Assembly: GCA_043819795.1 (NCBI GenBank)
Contig: JBDREN010000080.1
Coordinates: 1 to 35,411 of the forward strand
Length of the DNA: 35,411 nucleotides
DNA from: Elusimicrobiota bacterium
Lineage (GTDB): Bacteria; Elusimicrobiota; Elusimicrobia; UBA1565
Reading direction: 5' to 3'
Notes under the pieces: generated by a model
Told to the model about the DNA's origin: nothing
Seen by the model: the letters and a program-made list of their open reading frames with translations, nothing else
Databases searched by the model: none
Shown here: positions 26,783 to 35,411 of the stretch, one piece after another
Position numbering within the stretch: position 1 is the first letter of the stretch
Layout: each line of letters begins with the position of its first letter
Position numbers and translations under genes: made by a program

Positions 26783-27187
26783 TCACGGCATCCCGCCGCC
26801 CGGATTCCCCCTGCCGCGCCGCTCATTGCTGAGAGCGCCTTGGGGAGCTATTCGCCGATGGGACTCGGTGCACGACACCTCCTCGACCCTTCCCATCTTC
26901 GCGTTGAACGTGACCGTGGGAGCGGAGTCCGCGCCCGCCCAAGTCCTGTAGACCGTGACCAGCTTGTCCGCCTCGCCGTCGGCAACGCCGCGACCCGGTG
27001 TCAGCCGAATCTCCCGCGACGGCGGCCCCATTGCGCGGTCGACTTCCGCCCGGGTCATCCCCAGCCTGAGCGTCTTGCAGCGCTCGATGACTTTACCCGT
27101 CCTTCGGCTGTCGATGTTGACGAAAGCGAAGAAGCCGACGGCAACCAAGAGGAGAACGCCGGCCGACGCAGCAAAGAATCTCTTCAT
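26783..27187 (-). CDS. Small membrane-anchored protein with SmpA/BamE-like motif (putative immunity protein)
   Basis: ATG 27187 overlaps the upstream stop (ATGA). N-terminal TM helix; LRLGMTRAEVDRAMGPP. Confidence 0.65.
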   Translation of the reverse strand: MKRFFAASAGVLLLVAVGFFAFVNIDSRRTGKVIERCKTLRLGMTRAEVDRAMGPPSREIRLTPGRGVADGEADKLVTVYRTWAGADSAPTVTFNAKMGRVEEVSCTESHRRIAPQGALSNERRGRGNPGGGMP

Positions 27188-28251
27188 CGCTCCCTCCGCT
27201 GCCGGTCCAGAAAGTAATCGCGCAACTGGAGCCCGATGGGTTTCCCGTCGGCAACGTAGCGGCCGCGGAAGAACTCCTTGCCCAGCGCATTGGAATAGAA
27301 ATCTTGAGGGTCCAGCGCCGTATCTCGCGCACGCTGCCGTTGCTTCGGGTCGATTGCAGCCAACGAGTATAGGTATTGATAGACTTCGATGGCCGCACCG
27401 TACGACTCGGGCCACCGCTTGGAGCCGACAGCGACGAAGTGCCGCATATCGATGACGCGCATCGGATCGGCAGGGTCTCTCACGAACCGGTAGCCCAAAT
27501 TAGGTCCCGCCGATAACTGTCCTCGGGCGGGTTCGTCCATCTGATGGATCAATCCCTCCGAGGACATGAACCGAGTCTGCCGATAGAACTCTTTGTACGT
27601 CACCGCCTGCTCGCGGTGCTTGCCAAGCTCAGCCGAGCCCTTCCATAGCGGACCGAGCCGGGACGGAGGGTCCGCACGAGCCGCGTCGCGGGGATCCTTC
27701 ACTCCGGGAGCGGGAGGCGGACGCACACGCGCCAGCGGACTCTCCTGAGGCACAGCCGCCCGACCAGAGGGAACCGAGGACTCCGGCGCCGGCTCAGCGG
27801 GAGAATCTTCCCTCGTTTCAGCCGGCTTGGAACGCCCCCGCCCCGCCAGCTTAAGGATCGTTAAGACCGCAGCATCGTGCGGGTCCCGATCGAGGGCGGC
27901 GCGCGCCCGGCGCGCCGCTTCCTCATAATCGCCGGACATATACAGCGCCCGCGCAGCTAGACGGTAGCCTGCGGCGCGATCCGGATGCAGCTCCCTCAGT
28001 CTCGCGGAGACGCGCATCGCTTCGTCGGGGGATCCAAGCCGCAAGTACTCTCCACCGATGTCTTCCAGCTCGTCCGGCTGGGACGCCTCCGCCTCCCGAG
28101 CAGCCAAGTCGGATAGGGCCGCTGCCTTGTCGGACTCCTCCGTCAGAGAAGCAGGTTCGCGCCGCTCCCCCATCGGCGCCAGATCGGCGGAATCAGCCGT
28201 CTTTACGCACACGAAGGGCAGGCTGAGAAGAATCGCCTCTGAAAGCGACAT
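27184..28251 (-). CDS. TPR protein with Pro-rich linker and toxin-like C-terminal domain
   Basis: TPRs (YRLAARALYMSGDYEEAARRARAALDRDP). C-terminal VIDMRHF..QDFYSNALG. Start at 28251 lies downstream of the predicted promoter. Confidence 0.7.
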   Translation of the reverse strand: MSLSEAILLSLPFVCVKTADSADLAPMGERREPASLTEESDKAAALSDLAAREAEASQPDELEDIGGEYLRLGSPDEAMRVSARLRELHPDRAAGYRLAARALYMSGDYEEAARRARAALDRDPHDAAVLTILKLAGRGRSKPAETREDSPAEPAPESSVPSGRAAVPQESPLARVRPPPAPGVKDPRDAARADPPSRLGPLWKGSAELGKHREQAVTYKEFYRQTRFMSSEGLIHQMDEPARGQLSAGPNLGYRFVRDPADPMRVIDMRHFVAVGSKRWPESYGAAIEVYQYLYSLAAIDPKQRQRARDTALDPQDFYSNALGKEFFRGRYVADGKPIGLQLRDYFLDRQRRER

Positions 28252-28273
28252 ATTGCCGACATCTCCCGCGTTT

Positions 28274-28302
28274 AGCATAGCCCCGAAAACCCACCCCGTC
28301 AA
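28274..28302 (-). promoter_or_regulatory. Sigma70 promoter for the TPR gene
   Basis: TTGACG, 17-bp spacer, TATGCT on the minus strand. Confidence 0.6.
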
Positions 28303-28418
28303 CACGCCGAATCGCGCCGAATCGCGCCGCGTAAAATGTTACCGAAGCGGGGCTCGTCGCGCCATCTAAAATGTTACCGAACGAACCGGGGCTTCCCGGG
28401 CAGTTCGGGAGGATTTGG

Positions 28419-28556
28419 ATGGGTCCGTCAGCGAGGAGGGAATACGTGAGGGACGTTCAACTGAAGTACCGAGAGGCCAAGGGCCGCAAGGAAAAGAGCC
28501 GTATTTTGAGGGAACTTAGCGACAACCTGGACTGCCACCGCAAGCACGCGATCCGG
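28419..28556 (+). mobile_element. N-terminal fragment of ISNCY-type/integrase-like transposase
   Basis: GGAGG RBS. ARREYV..KYREA..KEKSRILREL..HRKHAIRL is a recognisable transposase N-terminal motif, here fused to an XRE fragment. Confidence 0.7.
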
Positions 28557-28768
28557 CTGGAAAGCGCCCAAGTTTTGCCAAGGGACCGGCGCCTGAAATA
28601 TCGGCGCGCTGCCGCCATCATCGAGTCCTTCTTTGCGCCCTGGCGGATTTTTCTGGGCCCCACGGCCGACCCGCGGGTCCCCCCTCAATACGATGTCCTC
28701 GACCCGGAGATCACCAGCCAGGAGCCCCCAAAAAAGGTCATCGAGAACCTTTCTCCCATGGCGCAAAG
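28548..28768 (+). repeat. Second duplicated fragment of XRE gene (~23035-23255)
   Basis: GCGATCCGG.TGGAAAGCGCCCAAG..GAGAACCTTTCTCCCAT.GCGCAAAG. Confidence 0.9.
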
Positions 28769-28804
28769 GCTCAGCCTGGTATAGATTCGGAGGGAAGGCC
28801 ACAG

Positions 28805-28916
28805 GATCCCTCAACACGATGGCCAGGCTCGGAATGCCGGAAAGTCACCTCGCGACATGATCAACCTGGGGTAGACGCGCATATCTTTGCTCAGTTCGGA
28901 GCCATGCACCAATGCC
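28805..28916 (+). mobile_element. IS5/IS903-like right-end fragment
   Basis: Near copy of 26582-26692 ending ATGCACCAATGCC. Confidence 0.85.
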
Positions 28917-28931
28917 TCTTTGCGGCCGAGT

Positions 28932-30803
28932 TCACTGCTGGACCCTGGTCCCGTCTTCTGCCAGAAGATAGTGCGCGAACTCGACCGCGGCCGCCGGATC
29001 CGGCGCCGGAAGCCCGATCCATTGCGGGACTCGTTGGGGCGTCGCGGACGGCTCGGGATGCCGTAGCAGGAGTACTCCCGCTTCTTCGGAGGCGATCCGG
29101 TATCCATGGAGGTTCCAGAAGGTTAGCATCCTGTCGCGGTACGGCGGCTTGGCTATATGCACCCACTCCCGGCTGATCAAAACGTAGTCCGGCTTGAAGA
29201 GCCGTTGATATCCCAGATGGTACGGCACGTCGGGACCGTTCTCGATGACGCGGATCCAGCGCCGGTCGGACAACGACGGAGAGAGGAGATCCAGGGCCCA
29301 CACCCGCGCCTCCTTCGGGATATCGGGCAGGACTTTAGGTGCCGCATCGAACCAGTCGGTCGTCCATCCTGGAATCAAGCTGGGACTTGAATAACGGTAT
29401 CCGAATCCAGCGCACAGGAGGACGACGAGCATTAGGAGGCCTCGGCGTCCCGGCGCTTTTGCCCATCCCATGACGAGCCGAACGCCGTGGGCTGTCGCCC
29501 AGAGGAGCGGGCCGAACACGTAGGAAGCATTGTTGGAGGCAAAGAGGGCGTACCCCGACGCTTCGAACGACAAGAAAGACGCCGGCGCCCCCGGGTTGGC
29601 GAGGAGCTGGGGCAATACCGCCGTCCAGAACGGCAGCTGCGCCAGAGTCAATAATGGGAGGAAACAGACCGTCAACAGGAGGCGTAGTACAGGATAATAG
29701 ACGTGGCGCGAGGAGAATAGATGCGACGCGGTCCGCAGGGGGTGTGTGAAGATGTCATGCAAGACCTCCTCTTGCGGTACGCCGTCTCCGGCAAGATGGG
29801 CGAACAAACCGGTCCTGGGGAGGGTGCCGATGGGGTTGGGTTCGAGGGATTCTAAATGCTGGATAGTCCGCAACTGGAGGAAGAATATCGCAATCGCGGC
29901 TGCCGTGATCCCCAAACCGATCGCCCAGCCCCGAGGATTCTTCCAGCGCCGCTCGGTGGCGGTGTAGAAAAACCCGAGGCCGATGAGAGGAAACGGCGCG
30001 CTTTCATGGCAAGAGACGAATAGAAGCATCGAGAACGCAAAGAGCCACCATCGCTTCATGTGGAAGAACAGCATGCCCCATAGGAATATAGGCGCCATAA
30101 CAGCGACGTGCATGTTCGCAAAGACGAGGCCCTGGAACGTCGGCATGGCCAAAGTCAACAGCATGCACGCGAAGCCCGCGAGGGACGACCTGGTGAGTCG
30201 GAAGGCGATCAGGTAGGCCGCGATGGGAGTGGATGCCATGAGCATGTGGTACGCGGCCAGGAGGGCCAGAGGGTTGTCCCACAAAAGGAGGACGGGCGAG
30301 AGGATCGGCATGAACAGCGTGAAATGGATGGAGAGCGCGTGCGCTCCGGATAGCGTGTCCGCAAGAGTGCCGTGACGAAGGAAGTTGTGGGCGAGGTGGA
30401 TGGAGAATGCCGTGTCCTGGGTGAGCTGAAAGCCGCGATATTGGCAATATCGCACGAACCCGTACCAGATGTAAATCCCCGCGTATGTTGCCAGAAGCCA
30501 CGCGGCGTGTCGCTTCCAGGGGGCGCCGGAGAGGCGGTCCAGGTGACGGACCACAACCTCCCGCCAACCCGGAAGTATCAGGATCGAGCCGGCCAGAGCC
30601 AGGCAGAGGGCGGAGGCGGCCCGGAGAGCGGCCCGGTGCACCCAGTAGGCATATCGAGTGTAATCGTGTGCCAGAAGCGACAAGCCGACCACGAATGCCG
30701 CGGCGGACAATAGCAGTAGCGCTGGAGCCCAGAGGGGAGGGGTGCGCCAGGGCGTCGCGGGGGCACACGGTTCGGCTGAAGGGACGCCCATGAACGCTTC
30801 CAT
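28932..30803 (-). CDS. Polytopic membrane protein, DUF2079/GT-C glycosyltransferase-like
   Basis: Many TM helices. QDTAF..LSIHFTLFMPILSP..LLL and SCHES patterns resemble DUF2079. Start 30803 or 30791. Confidence 0.75.
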   Translation of the reverse strand: MEAFMGVPSAEPCAPATPWRTPPLWAPALLLLSAAAFVVGLSLLAHDYTRYAYWVHRAALRAASALCLALAGSILILPGWREVVVRHLDRLSGAPWKRHAAWLLATYAGIYIWYGFVRYCQYRGFQLTQDTAFSIHLAHNFLRHGTLADTLSGAHALSIHFTLFMPILSPVLLLWDNPLALLAAYHMLMASTPIAAYLIAFRLTRSSLAGFACMLLTLAMPTFQGLVFANMHVAVMAPIFLWGMLFFHMKRWWLFAFSMLLFVSCHESAPFPLIGLGFFYTATERRWKNPRGWAIGLGITAAAIAIFFLQLRTIQHLESLEPNPIGTLPRTGLFAHLAGDGVPQEEVLHDIFTHPLRTASHLFSSRHVYYPVLRLLLTVCFLPLLTLAQLPFWTAVLPQLLANPGAPASFLSFEASGYALFASNNASYVFGPLLWATAHGVRLVMGWAKAPGRRGLLMLVVLLCAGFGYRYSSPSLIPGWTTDWFDAAPKVLPDIPKEARVWALDLLSPSLSDRRWIRVIENGPDVPYHLGYQRLFKPDYVLISREWVHIAKPPYRDRMLTFWNLHGYRIASEEAGVLLLRHPEPSATPQRVPQWIGLPAPDPAAAVEFAHYLLAEDGTRVQQ

Positions 30804-31097
30804 TATAGCGGACCGGCGCCGTCAACGCCAGGTATCGGGTGAGGAAATTTGATCGCGAAGGCGCGAGGGTCTAGCCCGAATTCCCCAGTTGGATCGCTGG
30901 ACTCTGTAGGAAGCATTAGAGTGTTTTGAGTCCGGCCGTCGCATTACCGCCCCCCTCAGATAATGTGGCCGGCGCGCGAACGTCCGTCAAGGCGTCGAAA
31001 TGTCGGGATGGTGCGCCGATGGCGGGCGGCGCGAAAGGGGCCTGGCCGGCATCCTGGGGCCGGCGGAGCCCGACGGGCATAGCAGGGACGCCGGGGC

Positions 31098-33119
31098 TCA
31101 GGCTGCAGCCCAGTCTCCCGGGGGTTCGAGGTCGATCCCGTTCCAACGCTCCACAACCGAATCGAGCCGCGAAGCTTCGTCAAGGAAGGCCCGTCCCGGC
31201 GGGGTGCCGCTTCGGCCCGGAGGCGGGCTCCGGAGGCCCGGCGGGCCCTCGCCGTCCGGCCCCGACGCTTTCTCGATACCCGGCGGGCCCTCGCCGTCAG
31301 GCCCCGGCGGCCCCTCGCCGCCCGGTCCGGCGCCGGGCGCGCAGCCGTCGTCGATGATCCCGTCGCAGTCGTCGTCCGCCCCATTGCAGGTTTCGGCGGC
31401 GCCTGGGTTGACCGCCGGGACCGAGTCGTCGCAATCGATCTCTCCCGGATGGGGGCAGCCCTCCTCGCCATCGAGGCCGTAGCCGTCCTGGTCCTCGTCC
31501 GCGCAAGCCGGCGCGCAATACCCCTTTTCAGCCAGCCCGTCTTCATAATGCGCCTGGATCTCCTCCGCGCTCAAGGCTCTGTCGTAGATCGCCACCTCGT
31601 CCAAGACCCCGTCGATAGCCCATCTGCCCCCGTACGCCCCGATCTCTATGTCGCAGATCCCTTTTACCAGAGGGCCTGTGAAAGTATTGTCCGAGCCCCA
31701 ATCCGCCCCGTTCACCCATACCTTCGCTCCATTCGCGGTGTCGAATGTGGCGACGATATGATACCACTCGTCGGGGGAGATCTTATTTCCCGTCAGGATT
31801 TGGATGTCCCACGCACCCGAGGTGCTGGCGATGAATTGCAGCTTTCCGGGGGCGGCGACAGCCAGCTGCCATATCCGCGCTTCACTGCCGCTGTCCCTTA
31901 TGACCAGCTTCCGGTTCGAGGACGGAGGGATCGCGTCCAATCTCGCCCAGAGCTCTATCGTGATGTCGTCCACATCAAGGCTCGGCGAATGCGGGATCTC
32001 GACATGATCGTTCACCCCGTCGAAACTCAGCGCGCCGCCGACCAGGCCGGTCGTCCAAACCGGCCCATTGAGCAAAGCCCCTGGATTCGCGCCGTAAGAA
32101 TCCCCCGCCGCCGCGCCCTCGCCCTCCTCGAAGGCCCAATAGCTGACCAGCCCGGGTGGAGCGTGCGGGTTGTCACAGGCATCGACGGCGTCGGCGATGC
32201 AAGCGCTCGGCTGCCCGTTGCAGTTGTAACCCGGCTCGACGGCGCAGGCCCCCGAACAGCCGTCACCCTCCGTTGTGTTCAGGTCGTCGCACTCCTCTTC
32301 GCCCTCCACGAAGCCGTCGCCGCAGACAGGAGCGGGAATGGGACCGGGAAGCTCGCAATAGCCCTTGTCAGCCAAACCATTGTAATAATGCCGCCAGATT
32401 TCTTCCACTGTCAGCGCCCTATCATAGAGCGCCACTTCATCGATGATCCCGTCCAGCGCCCATCTGCCCCCGAACGACCCGATTTCCATGTCGCAGATCC
32501 CTTTCGCGAGAGAGCCTGTGAACGTATCATCAGAACCCCAAAGCAACCTATTCACCCACAGATCCGCTCTATTTGCCGCATCGACTGTAGCGACGATATG
32601 ATACCACCGGCCAGGGGTGATCGCATTTCTCGTCAGAATATCGATATCCCACAGATTCGAAGTGGTGCTGGCGATGAATCGCAGCGTTCCGTCCGCGTTG
32701 ACGGTCAGCTGCCATAGCCGCGCTTCCCCGACGTTGTCCCTCAAGACCAGCTTCCCGTTCTCGAACGGAGGCGCGTCCAATTTCGCCCAAACCTCGATCG
32801 TGATGGCGTCCACATCCAAGCTCGGCGAATGCGGGATCCTGACATTATCATCCACGCCGTCGAACCTCAGCGCGCCGTCGACCCGGCCGGTCGTCCAGAC
32901 CGGACCATTGCCTAAAGCCCCGGGGTTCCCGTCATAACAGTCAGCCGCCGTCGTGCCGCCGCCGTCGTCGAATGTCCAGTAGCCGACCATGCCGGCCGAA
33001 CAATCTTCCGGGACCGCCGCGCCGGCACTCCCCGCCCCGACGAGGGCGACGCCCGATGCGATCGCGATAGAAGCGATCCCGGACAATATGGAAGACATCG
33101 GCTTCACACTCATAATCAT
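31098..33119 (-). CDS. Secreted protein with two LamG domains, DUF4215-like repeat, MopE-type motif and Gly/Pro tail
   Basis: AAGGAGG RBS + ATG 33119 and a signal peptide. 2x YWxF..ALxFDGVxD..IDEVAxYDRAL; CGDG..CDD..DGCS; CNGADDDCDG; 3x GP(D/G)GEGPPG (31237-31328). Confidence 0.88.
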   Translation of the reverse strand: MIMSVKPMSSILSGIASIAIASGVALVGAGSAGAAVPEDCSAGMVGYWTFDDGGGTTAADCYDGNPGALGNGPVWTTGRVDGALRFDGVDDNVRIPHSPSLDVDAITIEVWAKLDAPPFENGKLVLRDNVGEARLWQLTVNADGTLRFIASTTSNLWDIDILTRNAITPGRWYHIVATVDAANRADLWVNRLLWGSDDTFTGSLAKGICDMEIGSFGGRWALDGIIDEVALYDRALTVEEIWRHYYNGLADKGYCELPGPIPAPVCGDGFVEGEEECDDLNTTEGDGCSGACAVEPGYNCNGQPSACIADAVDACDNPHAPPGLVSYWAFEEGEGAAAGDSYGANPGALLNGPVWTTGLVGGALSFDGVNDHVEIPHSPSLDVDDITIELWARLDAIPPSSNRKLVIRDSGSEARIWQLAVAAPGKLQFIASTSGAWDIQILTGNKISPDEWYHIVATFDTANGAKVWVNGADWGSDNTFTGPLVKGICDIEIGAYGGRWAIDGVLDEVAIYDRALSAEEIQAHYEDGLAEKGYCAPACADEDQDGYGLDGEEGCPHPGEIDCDDSVPAVNPGAAETCNGADDDCDGIIDDGCAPGAGPGGEGPPGPDGEGPPGIEKASGPDGEGPPGLRSPPPGRSGTPPGRAFLDEASRLDSVVERWNGIDLEPPGDWAAA

Positions 33120-33180
33120 AACCGCCTCCTTGGCAGACGATCCGATCACTGCTCCGTTCCGAGCCATGCGACAAAGCCCC

Positions 33181-33910
33181 TCAGCGCATCGATCCCCTGC
33201 CCTGGTCGTGCGGGACGAGGACCGTCGCCGTCGCGGGCGCGCTCTCATTGCCGGAGTGGTCGGCGCACGCGACCGAGAGGCTGTAAGCCCGCCCTTCGCC
33301 CGCGCCCGAGCGAGCGGCTCGAAGCTCAGCCGACAGGTCTCCGGTGATCGCGGCGTCCGCGCCGCCGGTCTCGTCATTGGCCGCGCTTTGGATCGCGCAG
33401 GCGGGCTCCGGATCGCAGTTGTCGCTCGCCCGCACGGAGACCGACACCGGGCGCATCTTATTGTTCGGCGGCCACAGGGTGCCGGGGTCGGCCGAGGCCG
33501 ACTGGATCGCCGGAGGCGTCGCGTCGACCATGGTAAGCGTGGCCTCGCAGCTGTCCGACGCGCCCTCCGGGTCCGTCGCCGTGAGGGTCACGGTGTTGTC
33601 CCCGAGCTCCGCGCAGGTATGGCTCGTCGGGTCGGCGCTCAGCTCGATCGGGTCCCCGTCCGGGTCGGAGGAGCCGCCGTCGATCAAGGACGGATCGATC
33701 GTCGCCCGGCCGTTCGCGTCCAGGGTGACGCTCGCGTTCCTGCAGACCGCGACCGGGGCCTGGTTCTCCTGCTCGGGCGGCCGGGCGCACTCGTAGATGT
33801 CCCTGATCTCATCTTGGAACAAGACCCGGTCGTAGATCCTCAGCTCGTCGATCTTTCCGTTGTACTGGTAGGCGGGGTTGCTGTAATAGTAGGCGAGCCC
33901 TCCGATCAAA
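33181..33910 (-). pseudogene. 5'-truncated secreted protein: LamG tail + Ig/HYR-like domain + LWPPNxKM C-terminal domain
   Basis: IGG..YNGKIDELRIYDRVL; NQAPVAVC..DGGSSDPDGD; LWPPNNKM..LRAARSG.G.GRAY..D.SGN..VLVPHD. No credible start or signal peptide in the window. Confidence 0.75.
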
Positions 33911-34019
33911 TCGGCCAACGGCGTTCCTCCGCAGGACAGCCTATTCTGCGGGCTTCGATATTGTATAGCAGGGAGTTGACGACAATTCAAGGACAGAGGA
34001 TGACAAACACTATAAAAAA

Positions 34020-35410
34020 GGATCTTCTCGGAATAGAGTGGGTATCTTAAGTATGGCACCATTGGGAGTCATGTCGTAGATAAACAAAGGGCATCCCTCC
34101 TTCTTGGTACAAGGATGTTGTCGAGACACCTTGGCCAAGAGGGGGAGGGATGCCGCGTCCCCATGTTATCACTTCGTTTGTCGGTCTTCAAAGCTACGCA
34201 GTCGTACGAGCGAAACGTTTTCATAAGAGCTGGATAGAGCTGTGGCTCGAGTTTCGAGGAGGGGCATACAGGTGCGGTGGATGCGGGCGGAAGTTCTCTC
34301 AGTACTACGACTGCCCCTTGATTCGTCTGCGAGATCTGAACATCAGCCAGCATCGGGTCTTTGTCTGGGTACCGCGACATCGCGTGGCCTGTCCGCAGTG
34401 TGGTCTGAAGCGAACGCTCTCGGGCATCGCCGGCAATCGGGCGCGATGCACACGCCGCTTCGAGCGTTGGCTGTTCCGTCTGACCAAGAGCATGACGGTC
34501 AAGGACGTCTCGGAACTGACCGACGTTCACTGGACCACGGTCAAAGAGATCGAGGTTCGCTACATCCGGGCGCTGTTGCGGAAGCGAAATCTCGACGGGA
34601 TCACGGAGTTGGGGATCGACGAGGTTTCGGAGAAGAAGGGGCACCGTTACCTGACGCTGGTCACGGACCTCGGGAAACGCCGCGTTATCTGGGTGGGCCG
34701 CGGCCGGGATCGCGCCGTCCTCAAGAAGTTCTTCCGTTGGTTCGGCGAGCGGACCCGGCGTATCCGATGCGTAGTCATCGACATGCACGACCCCTACGAG
34801 CACGAACTGCGCAAACGTTGTCCGCGAGCCAAGCGGATCTACGACCACTTCCACGTGATCAAGCCGCTGAACCTCGCCATCGATCTGATCCGTCGGCGTT
34901 TGCAGAACGAAATGCCGCCCGAGGAGCGGCGCTACATCAAGGGGAGCCGGTACTTGCTGTTGCGCCCACGGGAGAAGCTCACGCTCAAGCAGGCCGTCCG
35001 GCTCAAGGAACTCTTCGCGGTCAACGAACCGCTCAATGTGGCGTACATCCTCAAGGAAGACCTTCGTTCCATCTTCCGGATCCGAGACCCGAAGGAGGCT
35101 CGCAGAGAGTTTCGGGCGTGGAAGCAGCGCGTGAAGGAGAGCGCCATTCCCGAACTGATCGCCTATCTGAAGATGCTCAACCGCCGGCGCTTTGGCATCC
35201 AGAACTTCTTCAAGTATCGCCGAACCAATGGGCTCAGCGAGGGCTTCAATAACGTCGTAAAAACCATCAAAAAGAACGCCTACGGCTTCCATGACTGGAC
35301 CTACTTCCGGCTCAAGATTCTACGCAAGTGCGGCAATCTGGAGAAGAAATCAGTTGACCGGCTTTGAACCCCATTTTCTCGACGGGACCCACTCTATTCC
35401 GAGAAGATCC
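34020..35410 (+). mobile_element. Complete ISL3-family insertion sequence (1391 bp)
   Basis: Perfect 24-bp TIR GGATCTTCTCGGAATAGAGTGGGT (34020-34043 / 35387-35410). AT-rich target ATAAAAAA on the left. Confidence 0.95.
34150..35367 (+). CDS. ISL3-family transposase
   Basis: CGGCG/CPQCG zinc finger; LGIDEVSEKKGHRYLTLV; DMHDPY; DHFHV; TNGLSEGFNNVVKTIKKNAYGF. Confidence 0.95.
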   Translation: MPRPHVITSFVGLQSYAVVRAKRFHKSWIELWLEFRGGAYRCGGCGRKFSQYYDCPLIRLRDLNISQHRVFVWVPRHRVACPQCGLKRTLSGIAGNRARCTRRFERWLFRLTKSMTVKDVSELTDVHWTTVKEIEVRYIRALLRKRNLDGITELGIDEVSEKKGHRYLTLVTDLGKRRVIWVGRGRDRAVLKKFFRWFGERTRRIRCVVIDMHDPYEHELRKRCPRAKRIYDHFHVIKPLNLAIDLIRRRLQNEMPPEERRYIKGSRYLLLRPREKLTLKQAVRLKELFAVNEPLNVAYILKEDLRSIFRIRDPKEARREFRAWKQRVKESAIPELIAYLKMLNRRRFGIQNFFKYRRTNGLSEGFNNVVKTIKKNAYGFHDWTYFRLKILRKCGNLEKKSVDRL

Positions 35411-35411
35411 A

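Noticed and set aside
19732..28916. Composite transposon between the IS5 left end at 19732 and a right end at 26692 or 28916
   Set aside because: The flanks (CTCCGGCAG versus GCTTGGACT or TCTTTGCGG) show no target duplication.
1..35411. Host assignment (some cargo is reminiscent of Elusimicrobiota or deltaproteobacterial genomes)
   Set aside because: There are no marker genes in the window and the cargo is mobile, so it cannot be supported.

Overview
GC-rich bacterial accessory region with no core genes. Its backbone is a tandem series of tRNA-fMet (CAT) 3'-half fragments (359-404, 8171-8216, 14061-14106, 24755-24800, plus a 40-bp scar at 19839-19878). Three of these fragments are preceded by a conserved ~195-bp palindrome-rich arm, and two are followed by a covarying 17-bp hairpin. 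The repeats split the window into cargo blocks with no intact integrase; only a probable large-serine-recombinase C-terminal remnant remains (383-672). This looks like a tRNA-anchored array of non-autonomous cassettes. Cargo includes a 2162-aa secreted protein whose LamG domains appear nested inside one another, and an ArsR-headed module with a catalytically degenerate PEP carboxykinase, a CBS protein, a Zn-ribbon/EIIA-like protein lacking the phospho-His and two desulforedoxin-like mini-proteins. It also includes an MscS/ATPase/MscS cluster, an XRE + nucleotidyltransferase pair, Fic, a TPR/putative toxin + putative immunity pair, a DUF2079-like membrane protein and more LamG proteins. There are five fragments of one IS903-like (IS5 family) element and one intact ISL3 at the right edge. 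All family calls come from motif recognition by eye; no searches were run.
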